Assembly (NCBI RefSeq): GCF_009914755.1
Contig: NC_060935.1
Length of the DNA: 64,000 nucleotides
DNA from: the human T2T-CHM13v2.0 reference genome, Homo sapiens
Direction: 5' to 3' (one strand)
Shown here: positions 13,621-35,831 of the stretch, one piece after another
Layout of the letters: the number at the start of each line of letters is the position of its first letter
Position numbering within the stretch: the stretch's first letter is position 1
The notes under the pieces: generated by a model
What the model was told of the DNA's origin: nothing
Database searches by the model: none
What the model saw: the letters and a program-made list of their open reading frames with translations, nothing else
Translations under genes and position numbers: made by a program

Positions 13621-14963
13621 GAGGGCGCACGGCTGTGTGCGGGCCCTATTAGGGAGTGTATTGGTGTGGATGGAGGAGTGTGCACGTCTTTGTGCAGTTG
13701 TGCGTGTGTGCGCACGGCCGTGGGTGCGAGCGCGCTCTCCCGCGCATGCCGGGGCAGCCTTTGTGTGTGCGGGTGGTTGGAAGCCGAGGGTCTGGCGACC
13801 CCGAGGCCGCGCTCCCTGCGGCCCCTCGCTTAGCTGGAGACCCCGGGATGCCTGGCAAGGCCTTCGCCCTGTGCTCCACCCTTCCCCATTCCACCCACCC
13901 CACCCCCTTCTACTGGAGAGATAACACCCAGCCACACAACAGGGACAGGAAGAAGGGGCGGAGGGGGCAGTAGACGGCCTTGACACTGGGGAACTGAGCG
14001 GAGACCCGCGGCCAGCAGGGGCTGCAGGAGGCCGCCCAGGAAGAGGAAGCTGTGAGAAGTGAGAAGAGGCGATAAAGGAAGAGGGCAGAGCTGGCCCGCT
14101 GCTGTGACCGGGTAGCACCGTGGAAAGCGCCCATGCCCAGCTCCATGGCTCGCTGTGGGTGACCCTGTGCACTAAGCTTCTGAGAACCCATGTCCGGACC
14201 TGTAAAGTGAGGATACACTAATATCAGCCTGCAGAATTGTTAATAGGTTGAAAGAACTCGCTTGTGTTTGCTGGCCTCCCCTGAGCGCCTGCATACAGTA
14301 GGTGCCCAGTAGATGTTAGCCCACTTCTCTGCAGGCTTCTTGATGTCCTGTGAAATCTTGGCTGGGACCCTGCTTTGTCTGAGGTGCCTTCCTGCTTTGC
14401 AGGTAGTGGGAAACGGTAAGGTCTTTACCACACCCTCACTACTGAGATTTGGCTAATTATCCCGGATAGGTCCCTGATATCTAAGTATTAAGGGGAAAGT
14501 AAGCTATCATTTACTCTGATGCTGTTGTGAGTATGTAAACATCTCCTGTAATTATGCTCAGAAGCAGTTACCTATACTGTTTATATGCAGTATAATTACT
14601 ATAATTATGTCCAGATTTGGCAGAGGGGCAGGGGGAGGCTGATGGGTAGGCAGGGTGGCCCACCTCTGGGCAATGTTAGGAGCTAGAGAGTATGGATGAA
14701 AGCCCAGAACCCTCCTCCCAGTCTTGGCCTCTGGGTTTCACCCTCTACAGAGGAAGAAGAGGAAGCCACCTGTTGTTTCTGCAGGGCTCAGAGATCTGGA
14801 AAGGAGCAGACTAGAATCTTCTTTGATGACAGGAGATCCCTAACCAGGATGGTGAAGCCAGGTCCTGCCACTCTCCACATCAGTTTCCCCACCTGTAAAA
14901 CAGGTTTGACCAAACCATAAGATCTCCAATGGATCTCTCCATGCTGATGCCCAAAACATCTAA

Positions 14964-15910
<947 letters not shown>

Positions 15911-15959
15911 TTAATAAAATGTAAAAGTGATAATGTTGAGGAGAACTCTTTGTATATCC

Positions 15960-16860
15960 ACAATATAATCTCAGCCAGTAATAAGTTTTATGAAGAAAAT
16001 AAAGCAATAATGAAACAGGGTGATAGGGACAAGTAGACTTAGAAAAAGGCCCTAGGCCCTCCGAGGAGGTGGGCTTTGGGCTGAAACCTGCGGAAAAGAA
16101 TCAGCGATGTGAGGGGACAGTCAGGGAAGATGCTGCCCAGGCAGAAGGAGCAGCAACTGTAGAGGCGCAGGAGCAAGGACAGTGCTCCTGGTGTTGGTGA
16201 ACAGGCAAGGGGTGGTACAGGTGAGGCAGCAGGGTTGGGGTCACACAGAACTTGTAGTTGAGGATGAGGAGTTTGGGGAGCCAGTGGGAGGTTTAAGCAG
16301 CTGAGCACCAGTATCTGCTTTACATTTTTAAAGGTCACTCTAACTGTTGGATAGAGATGACTTGGTACTGGACAACAGCAGAGGCAAGGCACCCCATTAT
16401 TGCAGTCGTCAGGGTGGGGTTTTGGGCAAGACAGGTGGCCACAGAAATGAAGGAAGTAATGGGGTTCAGGATATATTTGGGAAGCAGATTTTTTTTTTTT
16501 TTTGAGACAGAGTCTTACTCTGTTGCCCAGGCTGGAGTGCGGTGGCACGATCTCAGCTCACTGCAAACTCTGCCTTCCAGGTTCAGGCGATTCTAGTGCC
16601 TCAGCTTCCTAAGGTAGCTGTGACTACAGGCGCATGCCATCCTGCCCAGCTAATTTTGTATTTTTAGTAGAGACACGGGATTTCACCTCAAGTGATCCAC
16701 CCGCCTCGGCCTCCCAGAGTGCTGGGATTACGGGCGTGAGCCACCACGCCTGGCCGGGTTCAGGATATATTTGAAAGGGGAGCTGCCAGCACCTACTGAG
16801 GGACTGGCTGTGAATAATGGAGGATCCAGGATGACTCAGAGGTTTGGGTCAGGGTCTGTC
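15960..16860 (-). mobile_element. L2 fragment with an inserted antisense Alu (16488-16755)
   Basis: L2-like purine-rich text; 18-bp direct repeat GGGTTCAGGATATATTTG flanks the Alu. Confidence 0.55.
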
Positions 16861-17086
16861 TGTGCCAACTCTCCATGTAATTCTCCAAGGGAAGTCACGG
16901 TCGAGAGGACTGGTGGCCTCCATTCTTCCCGTCAACCCATTTGTGTCACATCCTCCACCTGAGCAACAGAGTGATTTTTGCTCAAAGGCAAATGGCTTCT
17001 GCAGCTGAGGCTCATAGGAGATGGTCATCTCCAACTGTGTTCCAACTAGGGCGAGTCACATGCCTGAAATTTACCACTCACAATCA

Positions 17087-18998
<1,912 letters not shown>

Positions 18999-19001
18999 CA
19001 T

Positions 19002-19447
19002 CAAAATTCTCATTTGTAATCAACAAAAACCAATTCTGGCAGACTTAAACATACAAAAAAATTATTGGCCATATATTCAGGTAGCTGCCACTGCTGAACA
19101 ATGGACACCACAGTTCACATCTCCACTTTCTCCAGCACCAAACCCAACCCCATTGCTGCCCCCAGAAACTAGATATGGCCACTGCTGCCTCTGTCACCAT
19201 GATGGACTCTTTGTTGGCCCTACATCTTTGAGTCAAAGTCCCCCATGCATTTGATTGGCTGAGTCTAGGTTATGTGGTCCCACCCTTGCTTCAAGGATGC
19301 TGAGAAACTGTGTAGATGGCATTTGAGATTTCCATTCTGGGAGGTGGGCTTTGACTTACTGTAAGACTCATGGGATAGAGAATTCCCCAAACATGAGAAT
19401 AGAGTTTAGAGGCTGAGCAGCCAAAAACAATTCAAGTATCCACTTCA
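19002..19447 (-). mobile_element. MLT1-type (ERVL-MaLR) LTR fragment
   Basis: Minus strand starts tgaagtggatacttg...tttttggctgctcagcc; contains the gattggctgagtctaggttatgtg motif typical of old MLT1. Confidence 0.6.
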
Positions 19448-19669
19448 CTATGAAATGCAACTGGGTGAGTTATAGGAATAGCTCAGAATGGGAGGCAACA
19501 TGAAGGGATAGATGTCCTTGCTGACAGGCCTTTGCCAGGATGCCTTAGTGTTGCTAGCTTTCTAAAACAGGGAGAAAATGATTCTGACTCTGTTAATGGT
19601 GGAGTATTATCCTCCACCCTCCTCCAGATAACAATATAAATGTTGGACAAAATATAAAAACAAGGATTT

Positions 19670-20408
<739 letters not shown>

Positions 20409-20752
20409 CTACCCAATCTGGGCAGTGCATGGAAGCTAGGACTCAGGAAGAAATCTCTAGGACGCAGGAAGCTGCTTGAGATATTAAAGGGTGGAATTAG
20501 GGGCTGCTAAAATGGCTAGAAATTGAAGGAGAAATCCTGGAAAGAAGAGGGGCACAAAGGGGGTAAGCCCCCAAATAAGTATTTGACAGAAAAAGTATTT
20601 GAATTTCATAAATTTGATGAAAAACCTCATTAGAAATCCAAAAAGTTTAGCAAAATCCAAGTATGATAAATACGAAGAAAACAATACCTAAACACATCAT
20701 AATCAAACTGTTAAAAACAAAAAAGAAAGAAAAAGTCTTTTTTTTTTTTTGA

Positions 20753-20911
<159 letters not shown>

Positions 20912-21347
20912 TAGTAGGGACGGGGTTTCTCCATGTTGGTCAGGCTGGTCTCGAACTCCTGACCTCAGGTGATCTGCCCACCTCGGCCTCCCAAAGTGCT
21001 GGGATTACAGGCGTGAGCCACCATGCCCAGCAAGAAAGAGAAAGTCTTGACAGTAGCCATAGAAAAAGACATAATAGCAAACAGATTACGTACAGAGAAA
21101 CAATACAAATGAATCCTGACTTCTCATCAGAAACCATGGAGCCAGAAAACAATGGAATATCATCTTTAAAATGCTGAAAAGTAAACAAAAACCTGTCAGT
21201 CCAGTGAAATAAAGATCTTTTCAGATAAATGAAAGCATAGGGCATTAATTGCCAGCAGACCTGCAGAATAAGAAATGTTGCTGGGCACGGTGGCTCACTC
21301 GCAGTCATCTCAGCAATTTGGGAAGCCAATGAAGGAGAATCGCTTGA

Positions 21348-21575
<228 letters not shown>

Positions 21576-21685
21576 TGAACAAATTTTTTTCTCTGCTTTT
21601 AATTGACTGGTGAACATCAAAATAATATTTTATTGTGGAGTTTTTAATGCATGTAGAAGTGAAATGTGTGGCAACAATAGCATAA

Positions 21686-22146
<461 letters not shown>

Positions 22147-22592
22147 TGACCAGGCTGGTCTTGAACTCTTGACCTCAGGTGATCCACAGGCCTCGGCCTC
22201 CCAAAGTGCTGGGATTACAGGCGTGAGCCACCGCACCCAGCCTATATCTTTTATTCTGAATAAACTGTGATAGGTTATGGAGGTATATTGTAATCCCTAG
22301 AGGAACCACTTAAAAATACAGGAAGTAGGTATATTTAAATGAAGTACTAAAAATACTTGATTAACCTGAAAGAGGACAGAAAGGAAAAAGAGAACAAAAA
22401 ACAGATGGGACAAAAAAGAAACACAGCAAAATGGTAGATCTAAATCTTACCATATAAAAACTGCATTAAGGGGCGGGGTGCGGTGGCTCACGCCTGTTGT
22501 CCCAGCACTTTGGGAGGCCAAGGCAGGTGGATCACCTGAGGTCGGGAGTTCGTGACCCACCTGACCAACATGGAGAAACCCTGTCTCTACTA

Positions 22593-22751
<159 letters not shown>

Positions 22752-22876
22752 TCAAAAAAAAAAAAAAACTGCAGTAAGTATATATGGACTAAACATTCTA
22801 ATTAAAAGAATAACAAAGCAAGGCTCAATTTATACTGCCTTCAAAACATGTACTTTAGGCAGGGCGCAGTGGCTCA

Positions 22877-23143
<267 letters not shown>

Positions 23144-23343
23144 TTAAATTAAATATATATATGAAATAAAAGGCACAAATATTGAGAAGAAAAAAGTAGA
23201 GCTGTCTATATGTGCAGATTACATGAATATTTACATATAAAATATTAAGGAATGTATAAAACTGCTAGAATTAATAAACAATATATGAAAATCTATTGTG
23301 TTTCTAAAAATAAAAAAGAAATTGAGATTTAAATTTCTATTTA

Positions 23344-23712
<369 letters not shown>

Positions 23713-23980
23713 CTAAAGACATGTAAGACCTCTATCTTTACACTGAAAATCATAAAACGTTGTTGAAAGTAATCAAAGAGCTAAACAAATTAAGAAACAT
23801 AACAAATTCATGGTTTGTAAGACACAATATTAAGCTGTTATTTTCCCAAAATTGTTCTATAAATCCAATACGATAAGCTTTGTTGTAGACATTTATATGG
23901 AAATAGCAAAAGCAATCTTGGTGGTGAGGGGGAGACAAAGTTGGAGGACACATACTACCTGATTTTAAAATTTATTCTCA

Positions 23981-24343
<363 letters not shown>

Positions 24344-24644
24344 CTAGTCTAAGGATAGACAAATAGGTTAATGGGATGGAAATAGCCCCATAAGAATATG
24401 GTCAACTGTCAGCATCCCCTTTTGGATTGTAAGCTTTGTATCTGTGTCTGTATTTGCCTGGTTTCTAACTGCACCCCCAGAGCCTAGAACAGAGCTGATT
24501 ACTTCGTGTGTGTATTGTAACTGAATAATCAGAGCCTAGTATAGTAAGTGCTCAATAAATATTTATTGAATAAATGTATTTTAAGAAATGGGGTGGACAT
24601 AACAATCTGGTCCTCTCCCAGGGCCAAGCTATATGCTTTTTTAA

Positions 24645-24895
<251 letters not shown>

Positions 24896-25247
24896 TGATC
24901 CACCCACTTTGGCCTCCAAAGTGCTGGGATTACACGCATGAGCCACTGTGCCCAGCCCAAACTGTATGCTTTTAGACATGCTAATTCTGGAGGATGAGAG
25001 ATCACCCTACCTTACTCTATTCCCACTTCTCCTAGTTCCCTTTGCTGGAGTCCTCTCTTTCCTTTCTTTTAACCATCCAGAAAATCAGCACTACTGGCTC
25101 CCTGATCTGCACTGTCCCCAACCCCCCGACTACTGTGGACCCTCCAAAATTCAGAAAGCAGATCATGCTAGGGGCTCTAGAGGTTCTCCTCCAGCAGAAC
25201 CAAGATGGAGGAAGAATGAGAGGCTGGGCTGGAATTGCCCCCTTGGA

Positions 25248-25354
25248 AGGGTGACCAACTGCACAGGTTTCCCAGATGCGGGGGTTTCCTGGGACATAGG
25301 GCTATGAGTTTTTAAACTAGGACAGTCCTGAGGAAACCAGGGATTACACCCACC
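25248..25354. mobile_element. MER81-like hAT-Blackjack MITE
   Basis: agggtgaccaac...ggggtttcctgggaca...aaactaggacagtcc...aaaccaggga. Confidence 0.6.
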
Positions 25355-25826
25355 TCCTGGGAATCCTCCAGCTTCCTTCATCAGAAAGGGATGGACTATA
25401 CCTCTCCCATGGTGGGGACTGCCAACCCTAGGGTCAGCAGTCTTTTTGTAATGATGGTTTAAATATCCAGAGCAAAGATGGCTCCATATTCTCACCCCCA
25501 AAACAGGGTCTGAAGCTTAGGAAGCGCTAGATAATTGTTGGATGATGAGCGTGCTTAGGAGCAGGAGAAAGGGCCCTGCCCTCTGGGACCCCCTGAATCC
25601 AAGGTGGGCTGTTTTCTACAGCTCCAACCCCTCCTTCCTGCACACTTTGCACCTCTCCCAAGCAGGGAAACGGCTTTCTTGCCCCATCCAGCCCCATCAT
25701 ATCCCTGCCCACTCTGCACGTTCTATCAAGCACCAGCATGTTTCTGCAGTCAACATTTATGTACATTTTAATTATTTTTATAAAAGCATTACTTTTTAAA
25801 AAAGTTTCAATATAGAATGTTAGTAA

Positions 25827-26084
<258 letters not shown>

Positions 26085-27061
26085 TAGCCAGGATGGTCTC
26101 AATCTCCTGACCTTGTGATTAGCCTGCCTTGGCCTCCCAAAGTGTTGGGATTACAGGCGTGAGCCACTGCGCCCAGCCCTTAACCCCTCTCTTAAAAAAA
26201 CTTTATTTTTACCTTTTCTGCTTTTAGCTATGGTAGTTTGTACCACAAATCTGATTGATATGCATATACCTCAATTTCTTGATTTATCCACTTGAATTAA
26301 CATTTATTGACTCTTCTCATGAAAAAGGACATTTGCTCATTTACTTTAATGCTCATCTCCCAATCCTTTCTACGTTGTGTTGTAGTGTTAGTTTAGTCTT
26401 CCATTGATTGATAATTGCTTAAAACCTTTATTTCCATTCCTATGCACTTTAGATAGTATCTGTCATTTTTTTTCTTTTTTTTGTTTTTTATAATAGAGAT
26501 GGGGGCTCAACATATTGCCCAGGCTGGTCTCGAACTCCTGGGCTCAACTGATCCTCCTGCCTTGACCTCCCAAAGTGCTGGGATTAAGGCTTGAGCCAGC
26601 GTGCCTGGCCAAGATAGCATCTCTTGATTTATACTATGTAAAATGAAAAAGTTAGCATCTGTGCAGTGTTTGATCTCTCCTCTTCTCCTCCAGCCTTCTG
26701 ACACTGATAGTTATACTGTTACATTGCTAAGAGTTATAATATTTAAATTTATTCTGTAACTATAATGAAGTCTTCCATGCTTTATCTAGAGAGTAATTCT
26801 GCTCATTTAAATCCAATAAATAGTATTTTCAATATTACAATTAGAAACAAATTCTAATTTGAGACTATATTAGATTCATAAAACAAGAAAGAACTGCTAA
26901 TAAAGGGATCAATTAGACAACATGAAAGAGTCCTGGGAAATAAAAAACATGATTGCCCAGATAAAAAATATAATTAAAAAGTCTAGAAGTGGCAGGGCAC
27001 GGTGGGTCACGCCTGTAATCCCAGCACTTTGGGAGGCCGAGGCAGGTGGATCACGAGGTCA

Positions 27062-29200
<2,139 letters not shown>

Positions 29201-29664
29201 GTGGCTGGGTACAGTAGCTCATGCCTGTAATCCCAGCACTTTGGAAGGCTGAGACAGACGGATCACCTGAGGTCAGGAGTTTGAGACCTGGGCCAACATG
29301 GAGAACCCCATCTCTCCACTAAAAATACAAAAACTAGCTGGGTGTGGTGGCGCATGCCTGTAATCCCAGCTACTCAGAAGGCTGAGGCAGGAGAGAATTG
29401 GTTGAACCTGAGGGGGGCGTGGAGGGGGCAGGTTGTAGTGAGCCAAGATCACACCACTGCACTCCAGCCTGGGGCAGCAGAACGAGGCTCTGACTCAAAA
29501 AAAAAAAAAATTCATATAGTTCTCCAAAAATATAGAGACAAAAAATAATTCTTTATTTTACCTTTTTTTTTTTTTTTTTTTTTTTAAGACAAGGTCTCAC
29601 TCTGTTGCCCAGGCTGGAAGGCAGTGGCACAATCATGGCAGCCTTGACACCTAGGCTCATATGA

Positions 29665-29868
<204 letters not shown>

Positions 29869-30340
29869 TAAATAGGTAGAAAAAAATCAAGTCATAAAGC
29901 ATCAATTCAGGAGGTCTGATATCTGTTTAATGAGAATTCCAGAGAGAAAAAAGAGCCAGAGCCGGGCGCAGTGGCTCACGCCTGTAATCCCAGCACTTTG
30001 GGAGGCTGAGGCGGGCGGATCACGAGGTCAGGAGATGGAGGCCATCCTGGCTAACACGGTGAAATCCCGTCTCTACTAAAAATACAAAAAAATTAGCCGG
30101 GCGTGGTGGCAGGTGCCTGTAGTCCCAGCTACTCGGGAAGCTGAGGCAGGAGAATGGTGTGAACCTGGGAGGCAGTTTGCAGTGAGCCGAGATCCCGCCA
30201 CTGCACTCCAGACTGGGCGAGAGCGAGACTCCGTCTCAAAAAAAAAAAAAAAAAAAAAAAGAGCCAGGCATGGTGGCTTATCCCTGTAATCCCAGCACTT
30301 TGGGAGGCCGAGGCAGGTGGATCACGAGGTCAGGAATTCA

Positions 30341-30628
<288 letters not shown>

Positions 30629-30871
30629 TTAAAAGTGTCCGTTGAATGCTGAGCAGAATCCTAGGGATTCATGAGGTTTCAGAAAGTCCAAGACCTTCTG
30701 GAAATCAGAAACAAACAAACATTATCTGCAAGGGAATGAAGATCAAATGAGCACTGGGCTTCTCTGAAGCTAGAAGCTATAAAACAATGGTCTGTATAGT
30801 TCTAAGGGGAAATGGTTTTGAACAGTTAAGCCACAAAACAAGCTTAGGGGCAAAATTCTGAGAAGCAATAA

Positions 30872-31141
<270 letters not shown>

Positions 31142-31274
31142 TGATCTTCCCATCCCAGCCTCCCAAAGTGTTGGGATTATAGGCGTGAGCCACCACACTT
31201 GGCCAGTCACGTGCTTTTGCTGAAAAAATTACTTGAGATTGTAATCCAGAAAAAACAAAAAATCAGATATAATG

Positions 31275-31450
31275 TAGTGCTGTCATTCTCAAGATATAGT
31301 TCCAGAAGCAGCATCTGGGAACATGTTAAAAATGCAAATGTAGGGCCCATCCCAACCTGTTGAGTCAGAAACTCTGGGGTTTGAGGGCAGCAGTCTGTGT
31401 CTTTACCACCCTTCCAAGTGATGTGGTGCATGCTTAAATTTGCAGACCCC
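31275..31450. mobile_element. MER5A DNA transposon
   Basis: agcagcatctgggaacatgttaaaaatgcaaat...gagtcagaaactctgggg. Confidence 0.75.
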
Positions 31451-31454
31451 AGAG

Positions 31455-31730
31455 TTGTGGATGATGCCATCAGTCCACTCAAATCCCCTTCACCAGGCTG
31501 CTGCACCCATTCCCAGCTGCTGTGAGTTGCTGTACAAAATGCCCCCTGTCTCAAGGTGGCACCAGGCTGAGACTGGTCTCCAGCCAAGAACACTTCGTAG
31601 CTTAGCTTTCTTCCCCCGCCCTACCCTGCTTCCCTCCTTCCTCTTCTCCTGAGATCACTTCCTCAGTTGGTCACTGTCACCAAAATCCCTGTCCCAGCCT
31701 CTGCTTCCTAGGAGGCCGGACCTAAGTCAC
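31455..31730 (+). mobile_element. LTR16-like ERVL LTR fragment
   Basis: 3' end resembling ...aaatccctgtcccagcctctgcttcctaggaggccggacctaagtca. Confidence 0.45.
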
Positions 31731-31818
31731 ATAGTAACCAAGAAACCACAGAACTAACTTACATGCACATTGAAAAAGAAGTCCCACAATGGTAACTGCC
31801 AGGAAGTATTTGATTTAA

Positions 31819-32045
<227 letters not shown>

Positions 32046-32765
32046 TAGTAGAGATGGGGTTTCTCCATGTTGGCCAGGCTGGTCTCAAACTCCGGACCTC
32101 AGGTGATCCGCCCGCCTCAGCCTCCCAAAGTGCTGGGATTACAGTCGTGAGCCACCGCGCCGGGCGGGTCTTTAAAATGTTTTTAAGAAAAAAGGGAATT
32201 TCAGTCCATAGACAGTACAATTAAGAAGCTAGAAGCTCTTAGTCATATGGTAAAGAAAGCACACAGTTCTTCTCTCAAAAAGGAATAGGAAAAGTGTCAA
32301 GAAACTCCAGAAAAAACACAAAACTATACCAGAAAATTGTGATTCAAATATGAAACTGTGGCATGATTTTAAGCAATTGATGATATGTAAGGAAAGAGAA
32401 GAACTTGATCTGAACATTTGGAATATTTCTTTTTTTATTGACCTTATTTTATTTTACTTTGAGAAAAATTTCAACATATGCCGAAGTAGAAAAAAATTGC
32501 AAAATGAACTTCATGTACCCATCATCACTCAACTTCAATGGTTATCAAGATCAGGTCAATCTCAAATATCTAGTCAATTTTCAAATTTCTCTAAATATCT
32601 CATTTTTTTTCTTTTTACAGTTGGTATGTTTAAATCTGGACCCAAAGTATATTTATTGCATTTAGTTTATATGTCTCTCTTAAATCTCTCCCAGGCTACA
32701 GTGGAACGCTCCCATTTGGACAGCCTCAGTTTAGGGACCTGGAATTACATTTCCTTCTTTACTGA

Positions 32766-33014
<249 letters not shown>

Positions 33015-34635
33015 TAGTAGAGACGGGGTTTCACCATGTTAGCCAGGATGGTCTCGATCTCCTGCCCTCGTGATCCGCCCGCCTCGGCCTCCCAAAGTGC
33101 TGGGATTACAGGCATGAGCCACCATGCCTGGCCAAATCCCTTGTCTTAATCACTACTGCCTCTTGAAATAACCATTTGGATTGCCTTCAAGTTCAGCCTG
33201 CTTCAACCTCTCTCAAATCTTCAGGTTTTTTAGAATCAAAAGATTATCTACAGTTTCTTTAGGTCTTAAAGGACTTTTTCTTGGGGGTCCAGTCAATATA
33301 GAAATTTGGGATCCCCTGTTCCTGCATAAATACTGAAGCAGGTGTCCGGGGTCTAGAAATCTTCTGTATTTTTCTGTTTACCAAACTTCGTTAAGAGCTC
33401 CCCTGGTTACACAGGCTATGGATACTTGAGTGCCAGATGGGATTAAAGATAGCCAAACAATGCTCTAATTTATCTCTGAACCTCTCAGAAAGTTCAGGAA
33501 GTTTAGGTTAGGAGCCAAAAGGTGTTTAGAGCTGCAGCCACAAAAGATCCTCAGAAACAATCTTCAGCCGGGGAGCCCAGGTTTTGTTGTAAAGAGCCCT
33601 TGACCATGAACATAAATGAGGCGGCTGGCTTTGGGCATAGACTGCCTCATGGAAGCTCTGCCTCCTGCCCAGCCCTGAGTCCTGGGGTCTGGACTTTACC
33701 CCTTCCTTCTCTTTATTGGGGTGGTTGGTTATGAGGGGTGAGGAGCAGGAGGGGCAGATGGGGCTGGAAGCAACGTGAAGGGAGCTTTAGTCTCAGCTGC
33801 CCAAGACCTCCCAGCTAGTAAGTTGTCAGGCCAGGATTTGAACCCAGACTGGTCTGGTTTCAGATTTTAACCCCTTCTCCTGCCTCCTCACTCCCGTGGA
33901 AACTGGAAGACCAGGAGGGAAAAGCCCTAATGCTGACTTAGATATTCACTCACTCAAGGACTGAGAGGAACGCCTAGAATCAGAACGGCCAAGTTCCTTG
34001 CAGTTAAACAGTTGACTCAGACAAATATCAACAGACACACCCAGATAGATGAAAGCAAAAGTCAACAAACCAGCTAACAAAAACAGTCCTTTTGACAGAT
34101 GAGGAAAAATCAAATAATTACTCAGGTCAACCTCTTCACTCTTGTTATAGATGCTTGGGGAACTTAAACCTTAACTAGCTAATTTTTTGTTGGGGGAGGA
34201 AAGGCGGGTAGACATTTGGAATGTTCCAGACACTGTGCTGAAAACTGGGACAGCAAGATGAGAAGATACAGTCCCTGCCCTCAAGAAAACTGTTCCTGGA
34301 TGCTTTATTCCTGTGAGTGATGAGCTCCCTTGACAGCAGGGACAATTTTTCATCCTGTCTCCATCCTCATTGCCTGCATGGGGCCAGTCTGGCACAAAAT
34401 TACCACTCACTCCGTGAATGAATTTCACTTTTGAAAATTATCCCATTTTCTCTGACACCTGATAATTCTTCAAGTGTTTGGTGATTTTGTAAATTGTTAG
34501 ACAAGAGAAAACTGGGCCAGGCACAGTGGCACACACCTGTAATCCCAGCACATTGGAAGGCCAAGGCAGGTGGATTACCTGAGGTCAGGAGTTCGGGACC
34601 AGCCTGGCCAACATGGTGAAACCCCGTCTCTACTA

Positions 34636-34904
<269 letters not shown>

Positions 34905-35618
34905 TTAAGACAACGTCTTGCTATGTTGCCCAGGCTGGTCTCAAACTCCTGGGATCATGTGATCCTCCTGCCTCGGCCTTCCAAAGTCCTGAGATTACAG
35001 GTATCAGCCACCATGCCAGCCGAGACATACCTTTTTTTTTTTTTTGAGATGGAGTCTGGCTCTGTCACCCAGGCTGGAGTGCAGTGGCGCAATCTCGACT
35101 TACTGCAGGCTCCGCCTCCCAGGTTCAACCAATTCTCCTGCCTCAACCTCCTGAGTAGCTGGGACTACGGGTGCACACCACCACGCCTGGCCAATTTTTG
35201 TAATTTTAGTAGAGATGGGGTCTCACCATGTTAGCCAGGCTGGCCTCGAACTCCTGACCTCAGGTGATCCACCCGCCTCAGCCTCCCAAAGTGGTGGGAT
35301 TACAGGTGTGAACCACCACAACTGGCCAAGACATACTTTTTTAATGCCTTCCTGAGTAAAGTAAGGGAAGCAGAGGGAGAAAACAGCCAGGCCTTAGAAT
35401 GGCACCCTGTATCTGATGAAGAAAAAGCGCTGTGACTTCTGGAACAGGAGATGGGACCATCTGTTGCTTTCAAAGGTCTCTAAGGATCCACAGCCCTGTG
35501 GCTGTGAAGGAGACAGAGTTTGAAATGGTTGTCAGAAGTAAATCTTCAGACTTCCAGGAGTGGGGCCATTCATTCATTCAACATGGGTTTGTTTATTTAT
35601 TTATTTATTATTTTTTGA

Positions 35619-35831
<213 letters not shown>

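Larger units (their letters stand above)
12780..14170 (-). promoter_or_regulatory. ARRB1: ARRB1 CpG-island promoter, GC-rich 5'UTR and first-intron start (TSS approx. 13380-13420)
   Basis: Very high CpG and GC density, (CCG)n run at about 13325-13338, GC boxes, no obvious TATA; surrounds coding exon 1. TSS position is inferred, not observed. Confidence 0.88.

Noticed and set aside
12707-14172. Long overlapping ORFs (346, 312, 251, 215, 156 aa) across the ARRB1 promoter
   Set aside because: They are low-complexity Arg/Pro/Gly/Ala and (VC)n/(HT)n translations caused by stop-codon depletion in a CpG island with TG repeats. The real coding sequence here is the 20-nt exon 1.
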